Shown piece by piece: positions 10,257-21,503 of a stretch of 64,000 bases of DNA. The stretch is from assembly GCA_963812135.1 (NCBI GenBank), contig CAWETU010000005.1, positions 32,001 through 96,000 on the forward strand, given 5' to 3'. The position numbers and the translations under genes were made by a program. The notes beneath the pieces were generated by a model that made no database searches, was not told where the DNA came from, and worked only from the letters and a program-made list of their open reading frames with translations. The DNA comes from Vulcanimicrobiota bacterium. Its GTDB lineage: Bacteria; Vulcanimicrobiota; Vulcanimicrobiia; Eremiobacterales; Eremiobacteraceae. The stretch's first letter is position 1; the number at the start of each line of letters is the position of its first letter.

Positions 10257-11121
10257 TTGGACGAATACGCATCTCCCAAACGCATCCTCGAAGCGCGCGG
10301 CCTCCGGCCGCGCAAGCGTTTTGGTCAGAATTTTCTCGTCGACCCGCGCTTCGCGCAACGCATCGCAGCGGCGCTGCCGGCTGACGCCTACGTATTGGAG
10401 ATCGGCGGCGGCACCGGCACGCTGACCGCCGCGCTCGCACGGTCGCGCGCGCCGGCTTGATGTCCTCGAGATCGATCGCGGGCTCGTCGAGGTGCTGCGA
10501 GAACGCTTCGCCGCCGACGAGCCTCGCGTCATGATCTTGGACGCTGACGCGCTCGCGATCGACATGGCCGAGCTGTTAAGCGCCAACCCGCGCCCACGCG
10601 CGCTGTGCGGCAATCTTCCCTATTCCATCACGACACCGCTGTTGGAGCGGATCATCGCTGCGGCGCCGCTGTGGGATCGAGCCGTTGTGATGGTGCAGCG
10701 CGAGTACGCCAAACGCATGGCAGCCAAACCGGGCACGCCTGATTACGGCAGCCTGACGGTTTTCGTCGCGCACTTCTGCGAGATCGAGCATCTCTTCGAC
10801 GCCGGCGCGTCGGGATTCTATCCTGCGCCAAACGTCGCGTCGTCGGTCATCGCGTTGCGCCCCAGGGAGAACGTCGACGCAGGCGTGGCCGATCGCGCGT
10901 TGTTCTTGTGGGTCGTGCGCGCCGCGTTCGCACAACGGCGCAAGACGCTGGTCAACAGCATCGCGAGCCAGACGCCGAGCGGATCACGCGATGTCATCGA
11001 TGCCGCCGCCCGCGCCGCCGGCCTGCCCGACGCGATCCGCGGCGAACGCCTTGCGCACGATGATTTCGTGCGCCTCGCCAATGCGCTGCACGCACAGGGC
11101 TTTCGCGCGCCCGCGCGGTAA
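10257..11121 (+). CDS. rsmA: 16S rRNA m6(2)A dimethyltransferase (frameshift near 10455)
   Basis: PRKRFGQNFLVD, VLEIGGGTGTLT, GNLPYSIT, MVQRE and AFAQRRKTL. Confidence 0.93.
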
Positions 11122-11132
11122 CACGAACCGCA

Positions 11133-11969
11133 ATGGACATCGCGAGCCCGCAAGAAATCCTCGACGTTGAAGCCGGCCGCGGGCCGGCTTTTCAAAAGCG
11201 TTGGAACGGATGGACGGTCGCGGCCGCCCTCGTGCTGCTCGCGGTGCTCTACATCATCGTACAGCTCGCCGCGACGGTCCTATGGCTTTTCATCGCGTTT
11301 CCCGATGTGATGGCGCAGGCGATGCACGGCAACCCGACGGCGTTGATGCATCTGGCGCGCCCCGAGGGCCTCGCGCAAGTGCTCACGCCGGTCGGCTTCC
11401 TTGCGATCCAACTCCCGACGACCGCCGTGATGATGGCCGCGACATTTGGACTGGCGTACGGCCTGTTTCGCCCGCGCGCGACGCTTGCGGATCTTGGTTT
11501 CACCCGGTCGCTGACACGCGGCAACGTCGCGTTCGCGGTCGGCGCCGGCGTCGTCATGTTCGTCCTCGCCGCGATCATCGAGGGACTGCAGGAAAAGCTG
11601 CTCGGTCCGCATCCTCAGCAGATCGCTTTGATCCTCGAGCACCACCGCGGCGCCTTCGCATTGATCCTCGATCTGCTCTCCGCAGCCGTGCTCGCGCCGC
11701 TCTGGGAAGAAACGCTCTTCCGGGGCGTGCTGTTCACGTCGTTCGTGCAGCGCATGCCGTTCTGGTGGGCGGCGAGCTTGAGCGGCCTGCTCTTCGGCCT
11801 CGGACATCTCGACAAGTGGAATATCTTGCCGCTGTGGCTGCTCGGCATCGGGCTCGCCTACGTCTACTATCGCACCGGCAACATCTGGGCCAGCATCGTG
11901 ACGCACGCGACGATCAATGGCATCGATCTGCTGCTGCCATTGCTGGTCCCGCAACTCGCCGGCAAGTAG
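11133..11969 (+). CDS. CPBP/Abi (CAAX type II) intramembrane metalloprotease
   Basis: Multi-TM protein with APLWEETLFRG, LFGLGH and SIVTHATIN. Confidence 0.92.
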   Translation: MDIASPQEILDVEAGRGPAFQKRWNGWTVAAALVLLAVLYIIVQLAATVLWLFIAFPDVMAQAMHGNPTALMHLARPEGLAQVLTPVGFLAIQLPTTAVMMAATFGLAYGLFRPRATLADLGFTRSLTRGNVAFAVGAGVVMFVLAAIIEGLQEKLLGPHPQQIALILEHHRGAFALILDLLSAAVLAPLWEETLFRGVLFTSFVQRMPFWWAASLSGLLFGLGHLDKWNILPLWLLGIGLAYVYYRTGNIWASIVTHATINGIDLLLPLLVPQLAGK

Positions 11970-12956
11970 TTAGCGCGCGACGACGTCGCTGACGATGTAG
12001 GCGCAGTAGAACAAGCCCGACAGCGCCAGCGGCAGCGCTTCCACCCTGCGCCGCACTGCGGTCCATATGAGCAAGAACAATGCTGCCGCCAAGGTTGCGA
12101 CAGCCGCGCGATAGCTCGCGGCGTCGAGATGCCATGGCGATGCGAAAATCGCGATCGCGCACGCGATCGACGTCTGGAACATCATCGCCCCGATGACGTT
12201 GCCTAAGGCGAGGTCGTCCAGATCGCGCCGCATCCAGATGATGGAGTTGAACACCTCGGGCAGTTCGGTCGCGATCGGGCTCAACAAGAGTGAGATGAGC
12301 AGCGGCGACGTGTGCAGCGCCGCCGAAGCCGACGTGATCGAGGCGACGAACCAGCGCGCCGCGATGGCCGTGACCACCGTCGCGGCCAACAGTTGTAGCG
12401 CCACGATCCACAACGGCGGTCGCGCCGCGCGCGGTGCAAAACGCAGCGGCGGCGGCGTCTCATCGCTCTCGACCGTGGCCAAGCGGATGTGATACCACAG
12501 ATAAACGCCGTACAGCGCGATGATGATGCCCCCGACCACCGTGCGGATGAGCGATGTCGGCGCGAAGGATGCCCCGATGACCAGCGCAAACGTGAGCGAG
12601 AACAGCGCGAGTCCGACGATCGTCGGCGTCGGAGGCGCTTTGACGGCGGCATGCTCCTTGCCGAGGACGATCGCTCCCAAGCCGATCAGGCTGAACACCA
12701 CGGTCGAGAGCAGCAACGGCGCGCCGATCACGGCGCCGATGCCGACGTCCGTGCTCGCTGCGTCGCGCAGGATCACTAGCGCGATGAAGACCACCATCGT
12801 CTCGGGCAACGAGGATCCGATGGCTGCGACGACCGCGCCGACGGCGCTGCGCGTGAGTCCGAGGAGCGCACCCGCCCATTCGACGGCGTTCGCGAAGGCG
12901 TCGCTGGCGAGTACGAGAAGCACCAGGCCAAGAAGTACTTGGAGCGCGATCGGCAC
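11970..12956 (-). CDS. Sodium:calcium (CaCA/YrbG-like) antiporter
   Basis: Two alpha-repeats, AIGSSLPET and PIATELPE, plus ALGNVIGA; about 10 TMs; GTG start at 12956. Confidence 0.88.
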   Translation of the reverse strand: MPIALQVLLGLVLLVLASDAFANAVEWAGALLGLTRSAVGAVVAAIGSSLPETMVVFIALVILRDAASTDVGIGAVIGAPLLLSTVVFSLIGLGAIVLGKEHAAVKAPPTPTIVGLALFSLTFALVIGASFAPTSLIRTVVGGIIIALYGVYLWYHIRLATVESDETPPPLRFAPRAARPPLWIVALQLLAATVVTAIAARWFVASITSASAALHTSPLLISLLLSPIATELPEVFNSIIWMRRDLDDLALGNVIGAMMFQTSIACAIAIFASPWHLDAASYRAAVATLAAALFLLIWTAVRRRVEALPLALSGLFYCAYIVSDVVAR

Positions 12957-13021
12957 CGGGCCACCATTTAGCCCAGGTCCGAGGCACCCCTCTACCATGA
13001 CAGGAGCGCACGCGAGCACCG

Positions 13022-14137
13022 TTGCCCTATCGCATCGTCCACATCGCTGACGTCCATCTCGACATGGCGTTCGCCGGGCTCGAACCGAGCGCCGGCGACG
13101 CGCGGCGCAAGCAATTGGAGAACGCGTTCGAGCGCGCGCTGCACCGCGCACGCGAGTTCAAGGCCGATGCCGTGTGCATCGCCGGCGATCTCTACGAGGA
13201 CGCGCGCGCGACGCCCGATCGCGGCGCGTACCTCGCGCGCGTGCTCGGCGAGCTCGCGCCCATGCGCGTCTTCATCAGCCCCGGCAACCACGACCCGAAC
13301 GATCGCGCATCGCTCTACCGCCAGATGGCGCTGCCTTCAAACGTCACGGTCTTCTCCTCGCGCCGCTTCACGCCGGTGCCGCTCGCAAACGGGTTGACGC
13401 TGTGGGGCGCCGCCCACGAATCCGAGCTCGACCGCGAGCCGATCGTCAATGGGCTCGTGTGCGAAGGCCCGGGCACGCACGTGCTCCTGTTCCACGGCTC
13501 CGATCGCGATCGCATGCCGCCCGGCAAAGAATGCATCGCGCCGTTCTCAGACGCCGACATCGCGCGCGCGAATGCCGCGCATGCGATGGTAGGCCATTTC
13601 CACGGCATGCTCCGCGGCAAGCATTACGCATATCCCGGTTCGCTCGAACCGCATAGCGCCGCACAAGACGGGCGCCACACCGCGTCGCTCGTGACGGTCG
13701 AGGACGGCCGCGTCGCGGTGGATTTCGTCGACATCAACGCCACGAAATACGTCGCGCTCGATTTCGACCTTTCCGAGATCGGCGACCGTGCGGCGTTGCT
13801 CAACGCCGTCAGCGGGCGTCTGCGCGCGGTGGTCGACCGGCCCGGCGAGGTCTTCTGCCGCCTGCGCCTCGTTGGCAACGCGCCGCCGACGCTCGACGTC
13901 GACGGCGCCGATCTGCAACGCGATCTGCAAGCGCAATTTCCCGGCGCGACGGTCGAGGAGGCGTTCGCGGCCATCGACCCTGACGCGATCGCGCGCGAGG
14001 GCTATACCGTGCGCGCGGAGTTCGTACGAGAGATGCAGCGCCGCATCGCCGCGGCGAACGATGCGCAGCGCCCGCTGCTCGAGCGCGCGCTGCGCTACGG
14101 ATTGCAGGCCTTCGCCGGCAAGCGGCTGGCGCAATGA
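13022..14137 (+). CDS. Mre11/SbcD-like DNA repair nuclease (YhaO-like)
   Basis: HIADVHLD, AGDLYE, PGNHD, FHG, GHFH and YPGSLE. Confidence 0.9.
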   Translation: MPYRIVHIADVHLDMAFAGLEPSAGDARRKQLENAFERALHRAREFKADAVCIAGDLYEDARATPDRGAYLARVLGELAPMRVFISPGNHDPNDRASLYRQMALPSNVTVFSSRRFTPVPLANGLTLWGAAHESELDREPIVNGLVCEGPGTHVLLFHGSDRDRMPPGKECIAPFSDADIARANAAHAMVGHFHGMLRGKHYAYPGSLEPHSAAQDGRHTASLVTVEDGRVAVDFVDINATKYVALDFDLSEIGDRAALLNAVSGRLRAVVDRPGEVFCRLRLVGNAPPTLDVDGADLQRDLQAQFPGATVEEAFAAIDPDAIAREGYTVRAEFVREMQRRIAAANDAQRPLLERALRYGLQAFAGKRLAQ

Positions 14138-16692
14138 TCCTGCTCGAAGCGATCGTCGACGGTTTCGGCTGTCTCGTCAAGCAGCGATTCCGGTTCGGCG
14201 AAGGACTGACCGTCATCGCCGGCCCCAACGAATCCGGCAAGACGACGCTCACCGAGTGCATCGTACGCCTGCTGTTCGGCTACCCAGAACACCAGTACAT
14301 GTCCGCGCTCGATTTCCGGCGGCCATGGCGCTCGTCCGCCTATGCGGCATCGCTCGTCTACCGTCTGGATGACGGCACCGTGTACGAGACGCGCCGCGAT
14401 TTCAGCCAGAGCAACGTGCCGACGGAGACATTCGAGCGCGATGTCATGCGGCGTCTGCCCGAGCTGAGCGGCTCGCGCAAGACATCCCCAGGCGAGGCAT
14501 TGCTCCACCTTTCAAAGGAAGCGTTCGAAGCTGCTGCGGTGATGCGCGCCGGCGAGTTCGCCACGGGCAGGAGCGACGCGTAAATCCTACCATGCGTTGG
14601 CCGAGCGGATCGCCGAGCTCGTCGGCGCCGCGGGCGAGGCGGGCGCGCAAGAAGCGATCGACCGGCTCAAGACGTTCGCCGACACGCTGGGCAGCGACCG
14701 CGCTCCCACGCGGCCGGTGAACGCGGCCCGCGCGCAGTCCGAAGCCGCGCGCGAGGCGCTGGACGCGTATCGCCGCGACTGCGAACAGATGCACGGCAAC
14801 ATCGCCCGGCGCACCGATCTGCTCCAAAAGCAGAGCCAATTGGCGTCCCAGGCGCGCGAACTGGAGGGGCAGGTACGCGACGCTCGCCTGCATTCGTTGC
14901 GCGCGCGCATCGCCGCCGCGGAACGTGCATCAGAAGAGCTTGCGCGGCTTTCATCATACCCGCGAGCGCAGCGGCGCCCCGCCTGAGGTGCTGGCCCGCG
15001 CGGCGAGCATCGACGCGGCGATCGATGCCTGGACTGCAGCGCATACGGCGGAAAACGATGCGACGAGCAGTTCGCAGGTCAAAGAAGAGCAGCGCAGCGA
15101 CCTCCTCCGCCAGCTCGCCGAATGCGATGCGGCGCTCAAGAAGGCCGAGGCGACCATCGCGAGCCGCAGCGAAGCGATCGAGCGCCTCAAACCCGAATCG
15201 GCGAGCGCGCCGATCTCCGACGAGACCCTGGAGCGCCTCGAGAAGCTCAGCGAGCTTGCCGACGTACAAGAAGGCGCCGCGCGCACCACCGAGACGCAGG
15301 CGGCGATCAATCGCCAGCGCCCGCGCGCGGGCGCGTGGCCCGCGGTCTTCGTGTTCGCGATCGCGCTGATCGCGTTGATTATCGGCGCGATCACCCACTT
15401 GCCGAGCGTCATCTTGAGCGCGGTCGCGGGCGTGCTCGCGTCGGGCGTGATGTTCGCCTACTTCTTCGTCGCCGAACGAAGCCGAAGCGCCGCAAACGCA
15501 GCGCTCGAAGAACGCGCACGGCAGGCGCGTGCCGTCGCCGACAGCGCCACCTCGAACCTGGCAAAGGAATGCGCGACGCTGGGCTTGGCGGACATCCGCG
15601 CGGTGCGCCGCGCGGCCAAGACGCAACCAGAGATCCTACGCTTCACTGAGGCGCTTGCCGACGCGCGCCAGATGGCGGCGCAAAGCCACGAGTTGCGCGA
15701 TTCGTTGGAAGCGCGCTTCAACGACTTCGACCGCTTGGACCGCCAGCTCGTCGACGCGCGCCGCGCGACTGAAGAAGCCGCTCGAAAGCTCCAGCGCTTG
15801 CTCGACGACGCGGGTGTGGCAGGCGGCGATCTCGCCGCGCGAATCGCCGCGTTCCGCGCGGCGCGGGAAGGCGTCGAAGGCGCGCTCATCGCCGAAAAGG
15901 CGATGGGGGAGACTCGCGCGACGCAAGCCGGCGCCCTCGCGGGCGAGACGCTCGACGCGCTGCGCCGCGAGGCGGCAACACTAACGGACAGCGGCGCCGT
16001 CGACGCCGGATCTGACGACCCGGCCGCGCTCGAGCGCCAGCTCAAAGAGCTCGGCGACCACCAATTGCGCGTCGAGGGCGAGCTCGGCAAAGTTCAGGGT
16101 GAGCTCACGCGCTTCGATGAGCAGCATCATGGCGGTTCCGCGCGGCTCGAAGAGCAGCTCGCCGCGTGTCAAGCGAACGAAGAGCGGCTCAGTACGCGCC
16201 CGCGATGCCGCGATGCTGGCGCGCGACGTCATCGAGAAGACCAAAGACGGGGTCCACAAGGACTTCGCGCCACATCTCAACGCGCTCGCCGGCCCGGCGC
16301 TCGCCGAGATCACGCACGGCCGCTACACGAGCGTGTTGATCGACCCGCGCGATTTCTCGTTGCGCGTCCAAGCAGCGGGCGACACCGAGACGCGAGCGAT
16401 GGGAGAGCTGTCGGCGGGCACGCAAGAACAGCTCCATCTTTCGCTGCGCGCCGCGACTGCGCAGGCGCTCGGCTATGGCGATTTCGACGAGCACGTGCCG
16501 CTGCTGCTCGACGATGCCTTGGCGCACGCCGACGAACGCCGGCTTGCCGCCGCCGTCCGCCATCTCGCTGCGATCGCGCAGCGCCAACAGGTGTTGCTGT
16601 TCGCGCAACGCGACACCGTCCTTGAAGCGGCGCGCAAGATCGAGGGCGTCACCATCGTCCACTTGAGCGGGCCGGCCGCCGCGTCCGCATAA
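14134..16692 (+). CDS. YhaN/AAA_27 SMC-like ATPase with internal TM helices (about 3 frameshifts)
   Basis: GPNESGKTT Walker A; long coiled coil; two hydrophobic helices; LSAGTQEQL signature and PLLLDD Walker B. ATGA overlap with the nuclease gene. Confidence 0.85.
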
Positions 16693-16693
16693 C

Positions 16694-17750
16694 GTGGCCG
16701 GCCGGCTGCGGCTAGGCGTCGATGCGGCGAATCTGCCACGCGATCGTCGCGGCATGGGCCGCTACGTCCGCAGCGTGTTGCGCGAGTTCGCGACCCGTTT
16801 CGCCGACCGCGTCCACCTCACGCTGCTGGTCCCCGATCTCTTGCCGGGCCTGGTCGCGCAGCGCTATGTCGAAGATCTGCCCGGCGACGTCGCCATCGCT
16901 CGCCGCATCGGACCGCGCGCGCTCGACGTCGTGTGGTATCCGTGGAACGGCATGACCTGGCCGTCGCCGTTGACATCGGTCGCCACCGTGCACGACGTCT
17001 GGCCATTCGTCATGCCTGCGGCCGACGCGCGCGTGCGCGCCCGCGAGCAGACGCAGTACCGCGAGACGGCCGAACGCGCCGCGTTGATCATCGCGGTCTC
17101 GGAGTTCACCAAACGCGAGACCATGCGCCTTTTGAACGTCGAACCTGAACGCATTCAGGGTCATCCATCAAGGGATTCCGCCGCCGATCGCGGTCGCCGA
17201 GCCGGCGCGCATCGCGGGCTCCTCGCGCTACGTGCTGTTCGTCGGCGAAGTCGAGCCGCGCAAGGATGTCGGCACGCTGATCGAGGCGATGTCGCGCTTG
17301 CCCGACGACCTGCGTCGTGAGACGGCGCTCGTCGTCGTCGGGCGCGCGCACGGGCTGTCGCCGCGCAGCGCGGGCGACTTCCGCCTCGAGCTTGCGGGCG
17401 AGATCGGCGACGATACGCAACTCGCGGCGCTGTATGCGGGCGCGGCGGCGTTCGCCTTCCCGTCCAAGTACGAAGGCTTCGGCCTGCCGGTGCTCGAGGC
17501 GATGAGCTACGGCGCACCGGTGGTCGCGTCGGACGCGGCCAGCATTCCCGAAGTCGGCGGCGACGCGGCGTTGTATTTCCGGTGCGGCGATGCCGGCGCG
17601 CTTTCCGATGCGCTGGCGCGCGTGCTCCGGGACCCGGCGCTGGCGTCGCGCATGGCCGACGCCGGACGAACGCGCGCGGCGCTCTTCGACGAGACCACGC
17701 GCGCCCGCAAGACGCTCGAAGCGCTCGAAGCATCGGTTCCGCGACGGTGA
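16694..17750 (+). CDS. Glycosyltransferase family 4 (MtfB-like), frameshift near 17160
   Basis: GVDA...RGMGRY, TVHD, LFVGEVEPRKD and YEGFGLPVLEAM. Confidence 0.88.
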
Positions 17751-18839
17751 GCACCGAGCAGTCTCCTGACCGGGTTGGCAAGCGCGTGCGGATCGGTGTG
17801 GACGCACGCAAGCTGCTCGACGACCGGCGCGGCATCGGCCGCTATACCCGCGCGCTGTTGCGCTCCTGGGTCGCGCGCTCGCAGGATCGAGTCGCCATCA
17901 CGCTGCTCGTGCCGGATCTCTTCCCGAGCCTGCTCACGAAGCGCCTGACCGCCGAGATCGGCGCCGAGCTGGCGGTGGCACGCACCGGCGCGCGCGGGTT
18001 CGACCTCGTGTGGTATCCATGGAACGGCATGACGTGGGTCGCGCAGGACACCAAGGTGGCCACCGTCCACGATTGTTGGCCGTTCGCGTCGCCTGCCCAG
18101 AACTCGGCGATTCGCCGCAACGAACAGGCGCCGTTCTTGCGGACCGCAGAGCACGCCGCATGCATCATCACGGATTCTGGCTTTGGAAAATCCGAGGTCG
18201 TGCGACATCTGGGATTCGATCCGGACAAGATCGAGGTGGTACCGTTGGGCGTCGACGCCGCGCGTTCCGTGATTGCGAACCCAGCCGGCGCAGCGCCGCA
18301 GCCCGACTACGTGCTCTTCGTCGGGCAGGCCGAGACGCGCAAGGATTTGCCGACGCTGCTCGCGGCGATGGATCTGCTGCCCGACATGCTGCGCACGAGA
18401 TTCCGGCTGGTGGTCGCCGGCAAAGATCAGCCCGGCTCGGGCGCACGATTGCCCGAACACGCGCGCGTCGATTTCGAAGGCGAAGTCAGCGACGAGCGTC
18501 TGGCGCAGCTGTACGCGAATGCGTCAGCGTTCGTTTTTCCGTCTCGTTATGAGGGCTTTGGATTGCCGATCCTCGAGGCGATGAGCTACGGCGCGCCGGT
18601 CGTCGCATCTGACGCCGCCAGCCTGCCCGAAGCCGCCGGCGATGCCGCGCTCTACTTCCCGGTGGGCGACGCAGCGGCGCTCGCGGCAGCGATCGGGATC
18701 ATCCTCTACGAGCCGGCGCTCGCGCAGCGACTGCGGATCGCCGGGCGGATCCGTGCGGCGAGTATGACGTGGGACCGCTGCGCCGATGCGACGCTCGCGG
18801 TGTTCGAGCGCGTCGCGCGCGCGACGAAGGATGATGTAG
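17747..18839 (+). CDS. Glycosyltransferase family 4 (MtfB-like), tandem paralogue; 3' end uncertain
   Basis: GVDA...RGIGRY, VWYPWNGMTW shared with the previous gene, YEGFGLPILEAM and TWDRCADAT. Homology ends near 18830. Confidence 0.87.
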
Positions 18840-18859
18840 CGGCCGAATTTATTCGGCCG
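18836..18859 (+). repeat. GTAG-type REP palindrome, copy 2, with an adjacent partial copy
   Basis: GTAG-CGGCCGAAT-TT-ATTCGGCCG, followed by a partial ATTTATTCGGCCG overlapping the rhomboid stop. Confidence 0.8.
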
Positions 18860-18865
18860 TTGGAT

Positions 18866-19462
18866 TTATTCGGCCGAGCCTTCGTCTTGCCCGGCGGGGA
18901 TCAGCTGGCGGCCGCGCACCGGATCGAAGAGCAGCGCGGCGCCGGAGCCAGCGATCAAACCGCCCACATGCCCGCCCATCGAGATGCCTGGATTGTTGAT
19001 GCCGTTCGCCAGCGTCAGCAGGATCGGCAACACGGCCGCGCGCAGCAACGCGCCGCGCAGGGGCGGCAGCTTGAACGCGAGGACGACCATCGCCCCGAAC
19101 ACGCCCATGATCGCGCCGCTCGCGCCGAGCGTCGGGATATTCGAATTGATGGTGGACAGATACGCCAGGAGACTGCCGCCGATCATCCCCGCGAAATAGA
19201 TCACGGTGTAGCGCGGGCTGCCGTAGCAGAACTCGACGAACGTGCCGGCCTGGAACAACGCGAACATGTTGAATCCGATGTGGAGGAGATTCGCGTGCAG
19301 GAACGCGGACGTGATGAGCTGCCACCATGCGCCGTGCTGCACGTCCTGCGGATACAGCGCGCCGACGCGGCTGAGCGAACCGCCGGTGGCTTGATCGATG
19401 ATGAAGACGATGATGTTGATCGCGATGATCGTCAGCGTGACCGGTGCGGCGCGCACGTTCAT
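18866..19462 (-). CDS. Rhomboid family intramembrane serine protease
   Basis: WQLITSAFLHANLLHIGFNM, GASG (catalytic Ser) and GHVGG (catalytic His). Confidence 0.93.
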   Translation of the reverse strand: MNVRAAPVTLTIIAINIIVFIIDQATGGSLSRVGALYPQDVQHGAWWQLITSAFLHANLLHIGFNMFALFQAGTFVEFCYGSPRYTVIYFAGMIGGSLLAYLSTINSNIPTLGASGAIMGVFGAMVVLAFKLPPLRGALLRAAVLPILLTLANGINNPGISMGGHVGGLIAGSGAALLFDPVRGRQLIPAGQDEGSAE

Positions 19463-20403
19463 GCGAGCGCCTGCTTCAGCGCCGCGCACAGCAGCGGGAT
19501 CATGATCTCGTGGTGTCCGGTGAACATGTAGCCGCGGCCGCCGTCGAGATGCGGGCGCGTCACGACGTTAGTGCGCGTGCGGTAGTGGCGGATGAAATCG
19601 AAGTCGGCGGTGACGAAGTTCCCGTCATGTCCGAGGTTGCGTGCCAGCGAGAGCGCTTTCAAGAAGACCTCCGGCATGATCACGGCCGATCCAAAGTTCA
19701 GGTACGCGCCGCCGTCGGTCACGCCGGCGACGACGTCGGCGAAGAGCCGAAAATCGAACAGCGACGCCGCTCCCAGCGCCGCGCCGTCTGCGCGCGGATG
19801 CATGTGGATGATATCCGTGCCGATCGCGACGTGCACGGTGACCGGTACGTCGAGCGCCGCGCCCTGCGCGAGGATCGAGACGTTCGCATGCGGCGCGCGC
19901 GCCGCGAGCAGCGCGTCGCCGAGCGCGCGGCCCAATCCCACAGTGGGGCCGGCTTTGGCGATCGCGTTGAGGATGAAGTCGGCGGTCTCGGCCGCCATGC
20001 CGAACGAACCGTCGCGCAGGCTCATGTCGACGTCTTCGGACGTCTTGCCGGCGAGCGCCAGCTCGACGTCGTGGATGCAGACCGAACCATTGCAGGCCAA
20101 TCCCGAAAGCACACCGGTCCGCATCAGGTCGATGAGCAGCGGCGACAATCCGGTCTTGATCACATGTCCGCCGAAGCCGGCGACGATGACCTTATCGCTG
20201 CGATGCGCCGCCGCCAGGTACTCGACCAGTTCCCGCAGCTCCGCTGCCGCCAGCACATCGGGCAATCCGCGCCAGAACGCGTCGAACGACTCGCCTGCGC
20301 GCGGCACCGCGGCCATCATCTCAAGCGACACTTTGGAGGGCCGCGTCGAGAGCTGCGTCGGCTTGAGCTTGTTCAGATCGAGATGCGGGAACTTTCGCTT
20401 CAC
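19459..20403 (-). CDS. Uncharacterised deoxyhypusine-synthase-like (GSU2086-like) protein
   Basis: GGHVIKTG, NGSVCIHDVELA, TSEDV, FGMAAET, GTDIIHMHP, GSAVIMPEVFLKA and GHHEIM. The family call is from recall, not a database search. Confidence 0.62.
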   Translation of the reverse strand: MKRKFPHLDLNKLKPTQLSTRPSKVSLEMMAAVPRAGESFDAFWRGLPDVLAAAELRELVEYLAAAHRSDKVIVAGFGGHVIKTGLSPLLIDLMRTGVLSGLACNGSVCIHDVELALAGKTSEDVDMSLRDGSFGMAAETADFILNAIAKAGPTVGLGRALGDALLAARAPHANVSILAQGAALDVPVTVHVAIGTDIIHMHPRADGAALGAASLFDFRLFADVVAGVTDGGAYLNFGSAVIMPEVFLKALSLARNLGHDGNFVTADFDFIRHYRTRTNVVTRPHLDGGRGYMFTGHHEIMIPLLCAALKQALA

Positions 20404-21492
20404 GTACGCTCGCTCATATAACGATCGATCAGGTCGCGCATGCGGTCTCGAAAACGTTCCGGCGAGAATTGCGCCGCATGTTCGACGAGGCGCGCGCGCG
20501 AAAACGCCTCCGGCACGAACGCACGCAAGACCGCCGCCAAAGCATCGGACGTCGGCTCGCGGAAAAACAGACCGGTTTGCCCTTCCACGACCGTTTCGAG
20601 CGACCCTCCGCCTGCGAACGCGATGACCGGGCGGCCGGATGCGGCCGCTTCGAGCGCGACAAGCCCGAAGTCTTCGACGCCCGGCACGATGACCGCGCGC
20701 GCGTGCGCGAACAGCCCGCGCCGCTGCGCATCGTCGATGGTGCCGGCGAAGCGGACGCTCGGACCGGCGAGCGCGCGCAGGCGAGCTTCGTCCGGGCCGC
20801 TGCCGACCACCACAAGCGGCGCGCCAAGCGCGTTGCAGGCCTCGATCGCGAGCGCGACGCGTTTGTACGGCAGCAGTCGCGCGACCGCGAGATAGTAATC
20901 GCCGACGTCGTCGTCGGCAGGCGCGAATCTGCCCACGTCGACGGGGCAGGGCACGACGTCGCTCTCGCGATGATAGCACGCCATGATACGCGCAGCGACG
21001 TTGTGCGAGTTGGCGATGATGCGGTGCGGGCGTTGCGCCGCGCTGTAGTCCCAGCGGCGCAACCCGGGCAGCGTGGCGCGCAACGCCGGACGCGCAAGCG
21101 CGGGGACGATCTCAAACGCGTACTCCTGCGGATACCACAAGAAGCGCGTGGGTGTGTTGATGTAGGACACGTGCAGAGCGCCCGGCGGCACGCGAACGCC
21201 TTTCGCGAACGACGTCGTCGAAGAGATCACCAAGATCAAAGCCGCGTAGATCGAGCGCTTCGAACGCGTTCGGGTACAGCGGCAGCAACGCGCGAAAACT
21301 TCGCGGCGCCCCTGGGATGCGCTGCAGCCAGCTCGTCCGGATGTCGTAGCGCTCGAACTCCGGGCCCATCGCGGCCCGATCGTACACGGACGTATAGATC
21401 GGCGCGTCAGGATAGAGCGCTTGCAGTTGCACGAGCACGCGCTCGGCACCGCCGAGCTGCGTCAGATAATCGTGGACGAACGCGACGCGCAC
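20400..21492 (-). CDS. Glycosyltransferase family 4 (WbaZ-like), frameshift near 21230
   Basis: VAFVHDYLTQLGGAERV, RLLPYKR and EDFGLVALEAAASG. Confidence 0.9.
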
Positions 21493-21503
21493 GTCCGCGC
21501 CGC

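Noticed and set aside
14575..14600. Stop-codon readthrough or Sec/Pyl recoding in the split genes
   Set aside because: At the break I checked (yhaN-like gene) the downstream part is in a different frame, and the other split genes also continue in overlapping frames; this points to indels, not in-frame stops.
18840..19531. 649-aa GT4 with a long C-terminal extension
   Set aside because: The extension is antisense to the rhomboid gene; the stop was probably lost through an indel or the REP.
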